Of a stretch of 64,000 bases of DNA, positions 1 through 9,074 are shown in pieces. The position numbers were made by a program, and so were the translations under genes. A model generated the notes under the pieces. The model saw nothing but the letters and a program-made list of their open reading frames with translations. It had not been told where the DNA came from and ran no database searches. This DNA comes from an uncultured Candidatus Saccharibacteria bacterium (lineage in GTDB: Bacteria; Patescibacteriota; Saccharimonadia; Saccharimonadales; JACDBH01): NCBI GenBank assembly GCA_964490245.1, contig CAZBAF010000001.1:120928-184927 (forward strand), written 5' to 3'. Position 1 is the stretch's first letter, and each line of letters starts with the position of its first letter.

Positions 1-28
1 CATCATCGCAGGGGTTGCCCTGTGGAAG

Positions 29-232
29 ATGCCGCAGGTACACGTGATCGTAGATATACCACTCTACCAGATCGTTGGCAGCATCATTTTGATGTTCCTG
101 ATCTATCTTGAGCTGTACGCCTACTTCACTCGGCCTATCGACAGCAAGAAAGCTGCGAAGCAAAAGACTTTGTCCAAGCCTAGTGCTCTAGACGCTTTCA
201 AGCTGCGCTTCGAAGAAACGCCAAGCAAGTAA
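29..232 (+). CDS. hypothetical small protein (hydrophobic N-terminus, Lys-rich C-terminus)
   Basis: ORF only; same orientation as the phage block. Confidence 0.3.
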   Translation: MPQVHVIVDIPLYQIVGSIILMFLIYLELYAYFTRPIDSKKAAKQKTLSKPSALDAFKLRFEETPSK

Positions 233-243
233 GTAAAGGAGTT

Positions 244-1089
244 TTGATGGCCAATAGCAATGCATTAGCCGTACGGGCATTCATTAACAACGAGGCTACG
301 CAGGCGCGGATCGTGAAGATGCTGGACAAGAAAGCTCAGCAATTCACGACCAGCTTGTTGTCTGCTGTTAATGCAAACGAGAAGCTGGCGGAATGCGAGC
401 CAGCAACGATCCTTAATGCTGCCATGACAGCAGCAAGCTTGGATCTACCAATTAACCAGAATTTGGGTGTAGCGTACTTAGTCCCCTACGAAAACCGAAA
501 AGCAGGACGCAAAGAGTGTCAGTTCCAGATGGGTTACAAGGGCTTTATTCAGCTGGCGCAGCGTTCAGGTCTCTATAAAACCATCAACGCCGATGTCGTA
601 TACGAGGGCGAGCTGGTCGGCTTCGATAAGCTGAGTGGCGAAGTTGATCTAACGGGCGAAAGAGTTAGCGACAAAGTCATTGGCTATTTTGCCTACTTCA
701 AGCTTCTAAATGGCTTCGAGAAAATTTTCTACATGTCAAAGGAGCGGGCTGAGGCGCATGCCAGCAAGTACTCGCAGAGTTACAAATCGCCCAAGCAGTG
801 GATCAAAGAACAGAGTCTTTGGTTTACCGATTTCGACATGATGGCAATCAAGACAGTCATCAAATTGCTGATTTCTAAATATGGCCCGATGAGCACCGAG
901 CTACAGAAGGCGGTTGTCAGTGATCAGGCAATCATTACTGGCGATGGTGAAGTCCACTACGTCGATAATGACAATTCAAAACCCGAACTATCTGACGAGG
1001 AAAAGCAACAAATTAAGGCTGAGGTTGGAAGCATCGCTGACGAGCTGGAAGCTGAAGCCGGAAAGGAACAAGATGGCGGAAGTAAATAA
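244..1089 (+). CDS. recT: RecT-family single-strand annealing protein
   Basis: RecT-like core (…LLSAVNANEKLAECEPATILNAAMTAASLDLPIN…GVAYLVPY…QFQMGYKGFIQLAQRSG…VVYEGE). Confidence 0.75.
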   Translation: MMANSNALAVRAFINNEATQARIVKMLDKKAQQFTTSLLSAVNANEKLAECEPATILNAAMTAASLDLPINQNLGVAYLVPYENRKAGRKECQFQMGYKGFIQLAQRSGLYKTINADVVYEGELVGFDKLSGEVDLTGERVSDKVIGYFAYFKLLNGFEKIFYMSKERAEAHASKYSQSYKSPKQWIKEQSLWFTDFDMMAIKTVIKLLISKYGPMSTELQKAVVSDQAIITGDGEVHYVDNDNSKPELSDEEKQQIKAEVGSIADELEAEAGKEQDGGSK

Positions 1090-1558
1090 TTCATCGATTG
1101 CTACTATCGGGCACGATCCCGAAGAACAAGGCAATGCAATCGTTGTGAAGTTGGACACTGCTGCATTAGTAGAGGCAACTGAAAAGGCTGGGCAACTGGT
1201 GTTTAATCCATCAGCCGAAGATGCAATTGTTAAGGTTTTGCAAATCCAGCAGCAAGTCAACGAAGCGGTAGAGGCTATCAAAGCTGAGATTGAACGACAG
1301 GGGTTGGCGGTTAACCCGAATTTCGCCAGCGTTGTCAGCGACAAGCTTAAGGTCAATTACTCGGCATCTGGCGCCGAGTTTGGCTACGACGCAACGAAGC
1401 GCAAGCGCTTCCCGGCACCACTTTTTACCAAGAAAGTCACCTACTCACCTAACTCGAAAGAGATTAAGAAGTACCGAGAAAAGACTGGTAAATGGCCAGC
1501 ACACGTATTCGTTAATGAGCGAAAGAAAACAATACGAATCAGTCTGAAGGAGCAATAG
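1073..1558 (+). CDS. hypothetical phage protein (161 aa)
   Basis: ATG at 1073 preceded by AAAGGAAC RBS; overlaps recT stop; listed longer ORF 914..1558 starts inside recT. Confidence 0.5.
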   Translation: MAEVNNSSIATIGHDPEEQGNAIVVKLDTAALVEATEKAGQLVFNPSAEDAIVKVLQIQQQVNEAVEAIKAEIERQGLAVNPNFASVVSDKLKVNYSASGAEFGYDATKRKRFPAPLFTKKVTYSPNSKEIKKYREKTGKWPAHVFVNERKKTIRISLKEQ

Positions 1559-1560
1559 CT

Positions 1561-2148
1561 ATGGCAGACGATAAGTATCCACCTATCCGCGTGAGCTACA
1601 GCATTCTATCAGCTTGGGCGCGTGGCGATATCGATCGTGCAATCGCGCCGTTTCTCGGTCAAGAGGTGCCGCCGACACAGGCAATGATAGACGGTAAAAA
1701 GTGGCACGAGCGGTGGGAAAAAGAAACCAACCGCACAGGCAGACGTCCGTTGATATTCGGGGGTGAAAAAATCCCCGGGGTCAAGACGGAAGTTAAGCTG
1801 GTGCGCCAGCTGAACGACTGGTGTGTCTTGAGTGGCGTGATTGATTTACAATCACCCGATCAGAACGAGGATCACAAGACCGGACGTTCGACGGCTACCG
1901 ATTACGCAAACAGCTTCCAGCACAAGGTTTACCACGTGCTCGATCCAAGCAAGAAGCGTTTTCGCTACAACTGCTTTAACCAATACCTACCGAAGAATCA
2001 CCCCGATCGCGTAACTGTATCGATCGTGCACCTTACAAGAAAAACCTTAGAAGAAGGTATCGAATACGTTTTGACGCACGCTGCAGAGCTGCGTGAGTAC
2101 CTCATACAAGCTGGCTATGGTGACCGCTTATCGAGGGAGGAGCAGTAA
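1561..2148 (+). CDS. putative PD-(D/E)XK-type nuclease (exonuclease partner of RecT?)
   Basis: D…E.K arrangement (SGVIDLQSPDQNEDHK) and position next to recT. Confidence 0.35.
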   Translation: MADDKYPPIRVSYSILSAWARGDIDRAIAPFLGQEVPPTQAMIDGKKWHERWEKETNRTGRRPLIFGGEKIPGVKTEVKLVRQLNDWCVLSGVIDLQSPDQNEDHKTGRSTATDYANSFQHKVYHVLDPSKKRFRYNCFNQYLPKNHPDRVTVSIVHLTRKTLEEGIEYVLTHAAELREYLIQAGYGDRLSREEQ

Positions 2149-2460
2149 ATGTCAGATGCAGAAAAACAGAAATCGATTACCCAATTCATAGCAGACCACA
2201 TTGTAGGTGAGCACACTTCGTGGGAGTTGCAAGAGATAATCGATCGACTCCCCGAAGGTGACGAGGAGGCGGCAAGCGAATTCTGCGATGCTTTTGACTT
2301 AGGTGATTGGTTTTACGAAGCTATGATCATTAACGACATCGACATCAATGAGGTCTTAATTGATCTGGCAGAGCAGCGCCGGATCGAGGAAGAGGAAGCA
2401 GCAAGAGACCGCGCCGAAATCGATCGTGATTATCGGCAAATGCAGGGCTACCCGTACTGA
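2149..2460 (+). CDS. hypothetical acidic protein
   Basis: ORF, translationally coupled to upstream gene (TAAATG). Confidence 0.5.
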   Translation: MSDAEKQKSITQFIADHIVGEHTSWELQEIIDRLPEGDEEAASEFCDAFDLGDWFYEAMIINDIDINEVLIDLAEQRRIEEEEAARDRAEIDRDYRQMQGYPY

Positions 2461-2463
2461 GAG

Positions 2464-2602
2464 GCATCTGTCTCTCGTACGGGTAGGTGGGCAAACCGCG
2501 TTTTAGGCCGGGAAACAAAAAGCACCTAGTACCTTCGGTACCCCGACCCCATCTCATCGGGATGGTTATTGTTTTCCGCCTACCCTTCCGAGAGACAGAT
2601 CG
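2464..2602 (+). other. long imperfect hairpin / structured RNA candidate (~140 nt)
   Basis: ATCTGTCTCTCG(2466-77) pairs CGAGAGACAGAT(2589-2600). GGGTAGGTGG(2481-90) pairs CCGCCTACCC(2576-85). Internal hairpins GTACC-TTC-GGTAC and CCATC-TCATCGG-GATGG. Confidence 0.35.
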
Positions 2603-2772
2603 TTATTAACTAAGAAAGGAGAACCTGAGATGAAATATCTTTACAAGGTTCAAGACATTTTTACTAGGCTTCACCTAGCCTATCTACGTCGCAAGGTCTT
2701 GAGCCAAAAACTAAACGCGTTGACAGATCCGACATTTTTGGATCGGGCACTAGCTGGGGAGGAAAAAGCATC

Positions 2773-2943
2773 GTGAGCACAGGATTTTTGATTATCAACG
2801 CAATATTCTTCGGAGTGATTGCATTGATCTATACGTACAAATGGCTTTTTGCAGAGCGTGGCATCAAACAGATTGAAGTTCTGATTTGGCTGCCGAGCTT
2901 TGTTTGGGCAGCCTACTGCTTCACAAAGGTGGTCGGCATATGA
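2773..2943 (+). CDS. small membrane protein (GTG start, 56 aa)
   Basis: VSTGFLIINAIFFGVIALIYTYKWLF… hydrophobic; alternative is spurious minus ORF 2680..2985. Confidence 0.3.
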   Translation: MSTGFLIINAIFFGVIALIYTYKWLFAERGIKQIEVLIWLPSFVWAAYCFTKVVGI

Positions 2944-3317
2944 GCTTACCAATGTCGCTACGCACTGCAGCTGGCGAGCGAGCATATCAAGAAGCTAGGT
3001 TAAACGGTGGTACTAGACCGCTAGAACTTGAGCCATCAATTAAGAAGTGGCAGTATTGGCGACTCATTGAAAACAGGTTTCCTTACAGCGTCGCATTCAA
3101 AACACATCACATGTTGGTGCCCTATCGTGCGAATGTATCGGAGCGTTGGGATCTGAACGACGAAGAGAAGCGCGAGTTCGAGCGAATCTTGAGGGAATTC
3201 GTATACCCGACGTACGATTTGTGGTTTGAAAACTGTCCGAAGAGACGTAGTGTAGCAAGGTTTTATCACGTGCATCTTGCGAGCTATGTCGATTCACGCG
3301 AACAAATGAGTTTATAG
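2940..3317 (+). CDS. hypothetical protein
   Basis: ORF in phage orientation; 'YHVHL' histidine motif of unknown significance. Confidence 0.4.
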   Translation: MSLPMSLRTAAGERAYQEARLNGGTRPLELEPSIKKWQYWRLIENRFPYSVAFKTHHMLVPYRANVSERWDLNDEEKREFERILREFVYPTYDLWFENCPKRRSVARFYHVHLASYVDSREQMSL

Positions 3318-3337
3318 GCATAAAGGGGGTAATAAAT

Positions 3338-3463
3338 ATGCAACTCAAAGATCCAAAGCAGAAAGTAATGGAGATTATGGCGATTATATTTTGGTTAATC
3401 ATTCTGTGTGTGATTGCTGCTATAGCTTTTAGGTTAATTCGTTTCATTATCGGCTTCTAGCAA
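3338..3463 (+). CDS. small single-TM protein (41 aa)
   Basis: MQLKDPKQKVMEIMAIIFWLIILCVIAAIAFRLIRFIIGF; not in ORF track (<60 aa). Confidence 0.3.
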
Positions 3464-3470
3464 ATGAGGC

Positions 3471-3764
3471 ATGGAGGGTATAAGAGTTATGGTTGCAACG
3501 CTAGATGATGAATATGTAGTTTGCGAAGAGACGCTGCTATGTGCATTCCGCTATGCGATTGGTCGCCAGTCGTATGTTGTAGGTAACGTTATTCGCGATC
3601 TATTAGAAAACGCTGAGCTATTAAGTTCAAACACTCGTCAGATGATGATTCAAGAAATCAATCGGCGGTGGAAAATTAACGAGCTTGGCCACGAGCAAGA
3701 TCGTCGCCAATGGGTAAATCTACTCAAACGATTTGAAGAGGTTGAGGAGAATGCAGTGCTATGA
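3471..3764 (+). CDS. hypothetical protein
   Basis: ORF, coupled to next gene (ATGA overlap). Confidence 0.5.
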   Translation: MEGIRVMVATLDDEYVVCEETLLCAFRYAIGRQSYVVGNVIRDLLENAELLSSNTRQMMIQEINRRWKINELGHEQDRRQWVNLLKRFEEVEENAVL

Positions 3765-4111
3765 CTCAGGCAACTATCTTTGATCAGGCCGAGCGTAGAA
3801 AGCAAGAAGGTATCGAGCTTGTATACAGGCACGCAGACACCGAATGGAAGCGCGCAGCAGCTGAGAGGCTCAGGTTCGTTGCCGAAACGCGTGAATACTT
3901 TACATCTGATGATGTGCTGATCTACTTGGAAAAGAAAGGCATAACGACTGGCGACAATCGTGCTATCGCTGCAATCTTGCAGGCGTTTAATCGTGCCGGA
4001 CTGATTACAAGCACCGACAAGTTCGTGCGTTGCCGCAGGCCGCAACGACATGGCGCTCCGATTATGGTTTGGCGCAGCAATATGGTTAAGAAACAAAAGG
4101 AGGCTGCGTAA
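3761..4111 (+). CDS. hypothetical protein
   Basis: ORF, overlaps neighbours by 4/1 nt. Confidence 0.5.
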   Translation: MTQATIFDQAERRKQEGIELVYRHADTEWKRAAAERLRFVAETREYFTSDDVLIYLEKKGITTGDNRAIAAILQAFNRAGLITSTDKFVRCRRPQRHGAPIMVWRSNMVKKQKEAA

Positions 4112-4743
4112 TGAGCTTAGCCTACGCAACAAAAGATCAAATGAAGGTATGGAAGTGCACCAGTAAGCCGGGTAAAGATTATCCTGAGCGTGCTACTGAT
4201 CGTGTGACACTTCACATACGTGCAGATAAGGAAAACGGCGGCTACATTGCGCAGTTACTTGCTACTGACGGCTATCAGGCAGTCGTACGCAATATACAGG
4301 CTGAAGCTGGCGCAGAGGAAATAAAGACTTCCATACCGCGTGAAGCTGTCGAGAAAGCAGAAAAGGTCATGAAGTCGGGCGATCGTGCCTACTTCAGTGA
4401 AAACAAAATCACCGTCATAGAAGTCAGTGATGACGACAATACTGGCATCGAAAATTTGCGAACGATTGCACAAATTCCCTATGTAGAGCAGATGGACATG
4501 TTTATTGATCTGGACACTGCCCTTCAGAAAGCAATCAAGAGCGATATCGACGAAAAGAAAGTAATTGTTGATGCAGCTGTCCTAAAGAAGGCTGTCGAGC
4601 AACTTAAACATGGCGATGAACACGTTTATGTGACGCTATCATTTCGGGGTAATCCGAATGATATGCAGCCACTGGTAATGACGGCGTTTGAAGCTATGGA
4701 GACATATGAAATAACAGCCGCTGTTATGCCAGTTAGGAGTTAG
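4111..4743 (+). CDS. hypothetical protein (210 aa)
   Basis: ORF with RBS-like AAGGAGG upstream. Confidence 0.55.
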   Translation: MSLAYATKDQMKVWKCTSKPGKDYPERATDRVTLHIRADKENGGYIAQLLATDGYQAVVRNIQAEAGAEEIKTSIPREAVEKAEKVMKSGDRAYFSENKITVIEVSDDDNTGIENLRTIAQIPYVEQMDMFIDLDTALQKAIKSDIDEKKVIVDAAVLKKAVEQLKHGDEHVYVTLSFRGNPNDMQPLVMTAFEAMETYEITAAVMPVRS

Positions 4744-4747
4744 GGTT

Positions 4748-4984
4748 ATGCGCAAGTATTTGGTACGAGTTCACAGCTGCCGCAAGGATACGAAGGTTGT
4801 GATGCAGCTCAATCATGTGGAGGCTAATGCAATCAAGCGGTTGGCTCTTAAGACACAGAGGGCTTCACAGTCTGAGTGCGAGCCTACGGTATTTATATAC
4901 CCTCTCACTACAGTGAAGCCTAGCCGACCTGTGGTGGATGTCGTTAAAAGACACCAACAGACTAAGGTGAGGTCTGTTAGGTAG
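4748..4984 (+). CDS. hypothetical small protein
   Basis: ORF. Confidence 0.35.
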   Translation: MRKYLVRVHSCRKDTKVVMQLNHVEANAIKRLALKTQRASQSECEPTVFIYPLTTVKPSRPVVDVVKRHQQTKVRSVR

Positions 4985-5162
4985 GTGTTTCGCTGGTGCC
5001 CACGGCGTTCGTTGTTGGTGTGAACCCTCAGCTGCGATCTTGCCACGGTAAATTGCGCGGTTAAATGGCAGGATGCTTGGCAATACTCCTGCAGCAGCCA
5101 GCACTTAACAGGTCGTGCCCTATGCGAGGGGGCGCGACGCAACAATAAGATTGGAGGGAAAT

Positions 5163-5321
5163 CATGGGAAGAATTGTTATCGAGCTGCACGATCAGGAAG
5201 CTGACTTGGAGTTTCCTGATACGTACACAACGGCTGTTATAGCCGAGAAGATACGCCTTGCGCTGCAAGCTGTCGATGTCGACGTAGACGCAGTGGCAAA
5301 GGAGTTGGCGGAAAATGAGTA
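5163..5321 (+). CDS. hypothetical small acidic protein (52 aa)
   Basis: GGAGGGAAATC-ATG RBS; MGRIVIELHDQEADLEF…. Confidence 0.35.
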
Positions 5322-5500
5322 AGCGCATTATAGAGTGGATCCTGCGGCGAATATCGGACAACGACCTGAAGCAAGAATTGCGACGCCGTGGCTACGCCAC
5401 CGACATATCAATAATATTTGAGTCCGAAGGTAAGCAGCGTGAGCTTGTAGGCGTTGGGAAGCTCGGAGTATTTGGGGGAAATAATGACACGACGAATTAA
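5315..5500 (+). CDS. hypothetical small protein
   Basis: ORF overlapping neighbours. Confidence 0.3.
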   Translation: MSKRIIEWILRRISDNDLKQELRRRGYATDISIIFESEGKQRELVGVGKLGVFGGNNDTTN

Positions 5501-6020
5501 GAAGTTTGATAGCGAAGAGAATCTGCACCAACAGATCGTCGATTACATCAAGCTGCGATACCCGGGCGTTTTGTTTCGTACTGATTTTGCCGCAGGCATT
5601 AAGATGACACAGGGACAAGCTGTCAAGCACAAGAAGCTGCAGGCGTGCCGCGCATGGCCTGATTTGTTTATCGCTGCGCCCATGTACAAGAATAAGCACG
5701 TAGATTTTTACGGTGCGTTCCTAGAAATCAAGAAGGAAGGCACTAAGCTCAAGCGTGACAAAGACTGTAAGAAGCCGTTAAAGGGTGAAAACTTTATTCG
5801 CAAGAAGGGCGATTGGTGGGATCAGCACATTGAAGAGCAAGCGAATGTACTGCAAATGCTTGGCATGAATGGCTACTGCGTATCGTTTGTTGTTGGCTTC
5901 GAGGATGCCAAGAATTTCGTCGATCGTTATCTGAAAGACTATAAGCTTAGCGCGGAATACGAAATCGACGAAAATGAAGCAGAAAATGTCGACAAAGTCT
6001 TGAACAACAGTGGTGAGTAA
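5484..6020 (+). CDS. VRR-NUC-type PD-(D/E)XK nuclease
   Basis: …WPDLFIAAP…GAFLEIKKEG… D/ExK core; GGGGGAAATA-ATG RBS at 5484. Confidence 0.55.
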   Translation: MTRRIKKFDSEENLHQQIVDYIKLRYPGVLFRTDFAAGIKMTQGQAVKHKKLQACRAWPDLFIAAPMYKNKHVDFYGAFLEIKKEGTKLKRDKDCKKPLKGENFIRKKGDWWDQHIEEQANVLQMLGMNGYCVSFVVGFEDAKNFVDRYLKDYKLSAEYEIDENEAENVDKVLNNSGE

Positions 6021-6052
6021 GCTTAAATCAACAACAATTTAAGGAGTGAACT

Positions 6053-6262
6053 ATGGCAAAGACGTCAATCATCTACGCAAACCAACAAGAAAAAGCCCTG
6101 CTAGAGGTGACGGATAAGCTATATGCACTCTGCGATACGTACGGCATGGATGAGGAGAATGTGCGCGAGATTCGCGGCCACATCGATGACGTGATACGTG
6201 AGCAGACCGGCATGTGTCCGGACTGCCACTATCACGTTACTCGCTGTAAATGTCAGGAGTAA
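6053..6262 (+). CDS. small zinc-ribbon protein
   Basis: CPDCHYHVTRCKC motif. Confidence 0.45.
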   Translation: MAKTSIIYANQQEKALLEVTDKLYALCDTYGMDEENVREIRGHIDDVIREQTGMCPDCHYHVTRCKCQE

Positions 6263-6606
6263 TTATGTTTGATAATCGTAGGCCGATGGATCCACGCTAC
6301 CTGATGGCACCACCACCGCGGACCGCGTACAATCCGAACGGCAGGAACTGCATCGCCCAGGTTGGTGACTATATTGTGAACCGCGATGGGGAGATCATGA
6401 TTGCCACGACATCGAATGCCGGATGCGCAACTGAGTTCGATAAGATGGTAAACGAGCCCTGCATCAGGGCGAAGTATATCGGCAACACCGATGACTGTAT
6501 GGAGTGCGCCAACCAGATGCGGCTGGCTACTCCTGCAGAAATTAAACGAGCCCGGGCGTATGTACAGCAGGCTACGCTGGCTCTTGATATAATGGAGGTA
6601 TTATGA
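6250..6606 (+). CDS. hypothetical Cys-rich protein
   Basis: ORF, ATGA-type coupling. Confidence 0.45.
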   Translation: MSGVIMFDNRRPMDPRYLMAPPPRTAYNPNGRNCIAQVGDYIVNRDGEIMIATTSNAGCATEFDKMVNEPCIRAKYIGNTDDCMECANQMRLATPAEIKRARAYVQQATLALDIMEVL

Positions 6607-6911
6607 AGGACCTACTAACGATCAGCCAAGCCGAGCTTGAAGAAATGCCCCGCTTTGGCTTTGAAAACCTAGCGCGGTACAGAGCGAAGCAAATCGACGA
6701 CATTGTCATGCCGCTACTGAAGCCATGGCAGCGCAAACTTGTGCTTAGTGGCAAGGCTGGTAAGTGGTATATGCGACCATTGGTGCGCTTGGCAAAACGA
6801 ACAGCCGGAATTACTATCGAGCATCACAACAGCAGCTTCAGTGTCATAGACAATTCTGTCAGGATGGAAAGCAAGATTGTAGTCAAGCAGCACGGAAAGG
6901 TCGTGTCATGA
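6603..6911 (+). CDS. hypothetical protein
   Basis: ORF. Confidence 0.45.
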   Translation: MKDLLTISQAELEEMPRFGFENLARYRAKQIDDIVMPLLKPWQRKLVLSGKAGKWYMRPLVRLAKRTAGITIEHHNSSFSVIDNSVRMESKIVVKQHGKVVS

Positions 6912-6963
6912 AACCACTCTGCAAAATCTGCATGAAGCGCCACGCGAAAAGCGAGGGTTGTCA

Positions 6964-7104
6964 ATGAAAGACTGGCGGCTGTTCCGGGTGATTGTGGTCG
7001 CGCTCCTGCTGGCGATCATTGCTCTGCTATACATGATCTATCAGAAGGACTTCGTACAAATAAAAGATAGCAATGCCACAGAGGTGCAGCTACAGCAAAT
7101 ATAA
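6964..7104 (+). CDS. small single-TM protein (46 aa)
   Basis: MKDWRLFRVIVVALLLAIIALLYMIY…. Confidence 0.3.
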   Translation: MKDWRLFRVIVVALLLAIIALLYMIYQKDFVQIKDSNATEVQLQQI

Positions 7105-7110
7105 ATAAGG

Positions 7111-7160
7111 TATAATAAGGACAACAAACGCGGTTAGTATTCCTAGCCGCGTTTTTTATT
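7111..7160 (+). promoter_or_regulatory. conserved TATAAT + AACGCGG-hairpin + U-run unit, copy 1 (upstream of ParB-MTase)
   Basis: TATAAT 7111-16. Stem AACGCGGTTAG / TAGCCGCGTT. TTTTTTATTG follows. Confidence 0.5.
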
Positions 7161-7186
7161 GCCACAAGAAAGGAGCAAAGCACCAC

Positions 7187-8512
7187 ATGAAGTTAAAAGA
7201 TATTCAGCGAGTCAGGGTGGACAGCTTGCGCGAATGGGATCGTAACCCGCGCAAGATAGATCCGCGAAAATTCGAGGATCTGAAGCAGCGCATTTTGGAG
7301 CGTGGGTTTAATGACGTGCTTAAAGTTGCCGCAGACGGCGTGACAGTCATCGGCGGCAATCACCGATTGCGAGCATTGCGAGAGCTCGGAATTGAAGAAG
7401 TCGACATTTTACTTACTGGCGATGCAACTCACGAGGATATGTTCAAGACCGCATTGAGCGACAACCAAGAGTTTGCAGAATATGATGTTTCCGCACTTAG
7501 GTTGCAGTTAGAGGAGCTTGGTGATCTAGACCTTACTACATACGAAATCAATCTTGGTGGGGGTCGTCCCCTTTTGGATGTTATCGGTGTCACTGAAGAA
7601 GATGATGTCGAGGATGATTTCGATCTTGAGGAAGCGCTGGCGGAAGAAGAGGCGCCAGTCAGCAAGCGTGGCGAAGTCTATCAGCTTGGCAACCATCGCG
7701 TGATGTGTGGCGATAGCACGAGCGATGATGACCTGACTACCCTACTGGATGGCGAGCTGGCAAATCTTGTTTTTACGGATCCGCCATATATGGTTGATTA
7801 CCACAGCGCCAGCGGTCGTACATATAGCAGTAAGGACTTTGGCGGTGATGGCAGCAATATCTTTAACGATAATCTGAGCGACGAGGATGCGCTCAAGTTC
7901 TATTGCGATGTACTGACCAATATCTACAACCACACCCACGATAATACCCCTATTTATTGGTGGTTCGCCGCAATTAAGCAGACGTTAAACTCTGAAGCGT
8001 TCAGATTAACTGGTTGGTATCACTCACAGAACATCATCTGGGTGAAAGATCATTTCGTATTCAGTACTGGTCAGGATTTCCACCGTATGCATGAGCCTTG
8101 TATGTTTGGCTGGAAGAAGGGCAAGAAGCACTTCAAAGCACGCAAACTTAATAATATTACTGATACGTTTGTACTTGGTCGTCATGAATTTCAGGACTTA
8201 CCGGATGTATGGCTGGAGAGCCGCGACAAGCAAAAGGATTACGTGCACCCAACGCAGAAGCCTGTAGGGCTAGGCGTGAGGGCGATGCGTTGCAGTAGTT
8301 TGCCGGGCGATATTGTGCTTGACATGTTTGGAGGCTCAGGGTCGACTCTCATGGCAGCAGAGCGCATGGGTCGAAAGGCGCGTCTCATGGAGCTTGACCC
8401 TAAGTTTGTTGATGCGATAAGGAAGCGGTGGGCAAGGTTTATGTATGGAGCAGACTGTAATTGGGAAGCCTATACGCCTGTCGTGGTGGGAGACGGAGCA
8501 GATGGCAGCTAG
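7187..8512 (+). CDS. ParB-like nuclease domain fused to N6/N4 DNA methyltransferase
   Basis: N-terminal ParB box (…VIGGNHRLRALRELG…). MTase motif IV DPPY (LVFTDPPY) and motif I FGGSGST. Confidence 0.8.
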   Translation: MKLKDIQRVRVDSLREWDRNPRKIDPRKFEDLKQRILERGFNDVLKVAADGVTVIGGNHRLRALRELGIEEVDILLTGDATHEDMFKTALSDNQEFAEYDVSALRLQLEELGDLDLTTYEINLGGGRPLLDVIGVTEEDDVEDDFDLEEALAEEEAPVSKRGEVYQLGNHRVMCGDSTSDDDLTTLLDGELANLVFTDPPYMVDYHSASGRTYSSKDFGGDGSNIFNDNLSDEDALKFYCDVLTNIYNHTHDNTPIYWWFAAIKQTLNSEAFRLTGWYHSQNIIWVKDHFVFSTGQDFHRMHEPCMFGWKKGKKHFKARKLNNITDTFVLGRHEFQDLPDVWLESRDKQKDYVHPTQKPVGLGVRAMRCSSLPGDIVLDMFGGSGSTLMAAERMGRKARLMELDPKFVDAIRKRWARFMYGADCNWEAYTPVVVGDGADGS

Positions 8513-9074
8513 AACGAAGAAATCACCAGCAAACACGACACCTGATCCGAAGAAATTCAGGTGTGAAGAAGATGGCTGTGACTATGTTGGTGGCTCTAAA
8601 TCCGTTGTTACTCGGCATTGGAACAAGGTGCATCGTAAGCCGCATGCACAGAAACGTGGAACCAGAAAGCGGAATCAAGATCAAGGTAGACCGTCTATTT
8701 TGACGCCCAAAGTGGTCGCCGATCTGGTTGCTGCTTTTCAGAATGGTCTCACAAAGAAGCAAGCCTTTCGTTACGCTGGTATCTCCAAGGATGTGTATTA
8801 CGACGCGATCAAACGTGACGAAGAGTTTGCCGACAAAATGAGAGCTGCGCAGGAGCACCTGAACTTTAAGTCGCGTGAGGTTATTGCCAAGGCGATCGAG
8901 AATGGTAGCGATTTGAACGCGCGTTGGTGGCTGGAGCGCAAGAACAAAGACGAATTCAGTCCACGGCGTGAAGTGACTGGCAACAAGGGCGGCCCAGTCA
9001 AAACAGTTTCAACAACTTTGACGATTGAGGTAAGTGATGCAGAACTTGAAGAAGCGATCTTTGGCGGACGTTAG
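8502..9074 (+). CDS. putative terminase small subunit / DNA-binding protein with N-terminal C2H2-like zinc finger
   Basis: Position immediately before TerL; CEEDGCDY…HWNKVH; HTH-like C-terminus. Confidence 0.4.
   Translation: MAARTKKSPANTTPDPKKFRCEEDGCDYVGGSKSVVTRHWNKVHRKPHAQKRGTRKRNQDQGRPSILTPKVVADLVAAFQNGLTKKQAFRYAGISKDVYYDAIKRDEEFADKMRAAQEHLNFKSREVIAKAIENGSDLNARWWLERKNKDEFSPRREVTGNKGGPVKTVSTTLTIEVSDAELEEAIFGGR

Noticed and set aside
4813-5361. 182-aa minus-strand ORF in the early region
   Set aside because: Arg/Cys/Leu-rich junk composition, antisense to small plus-strand genes and the GC-rich island.
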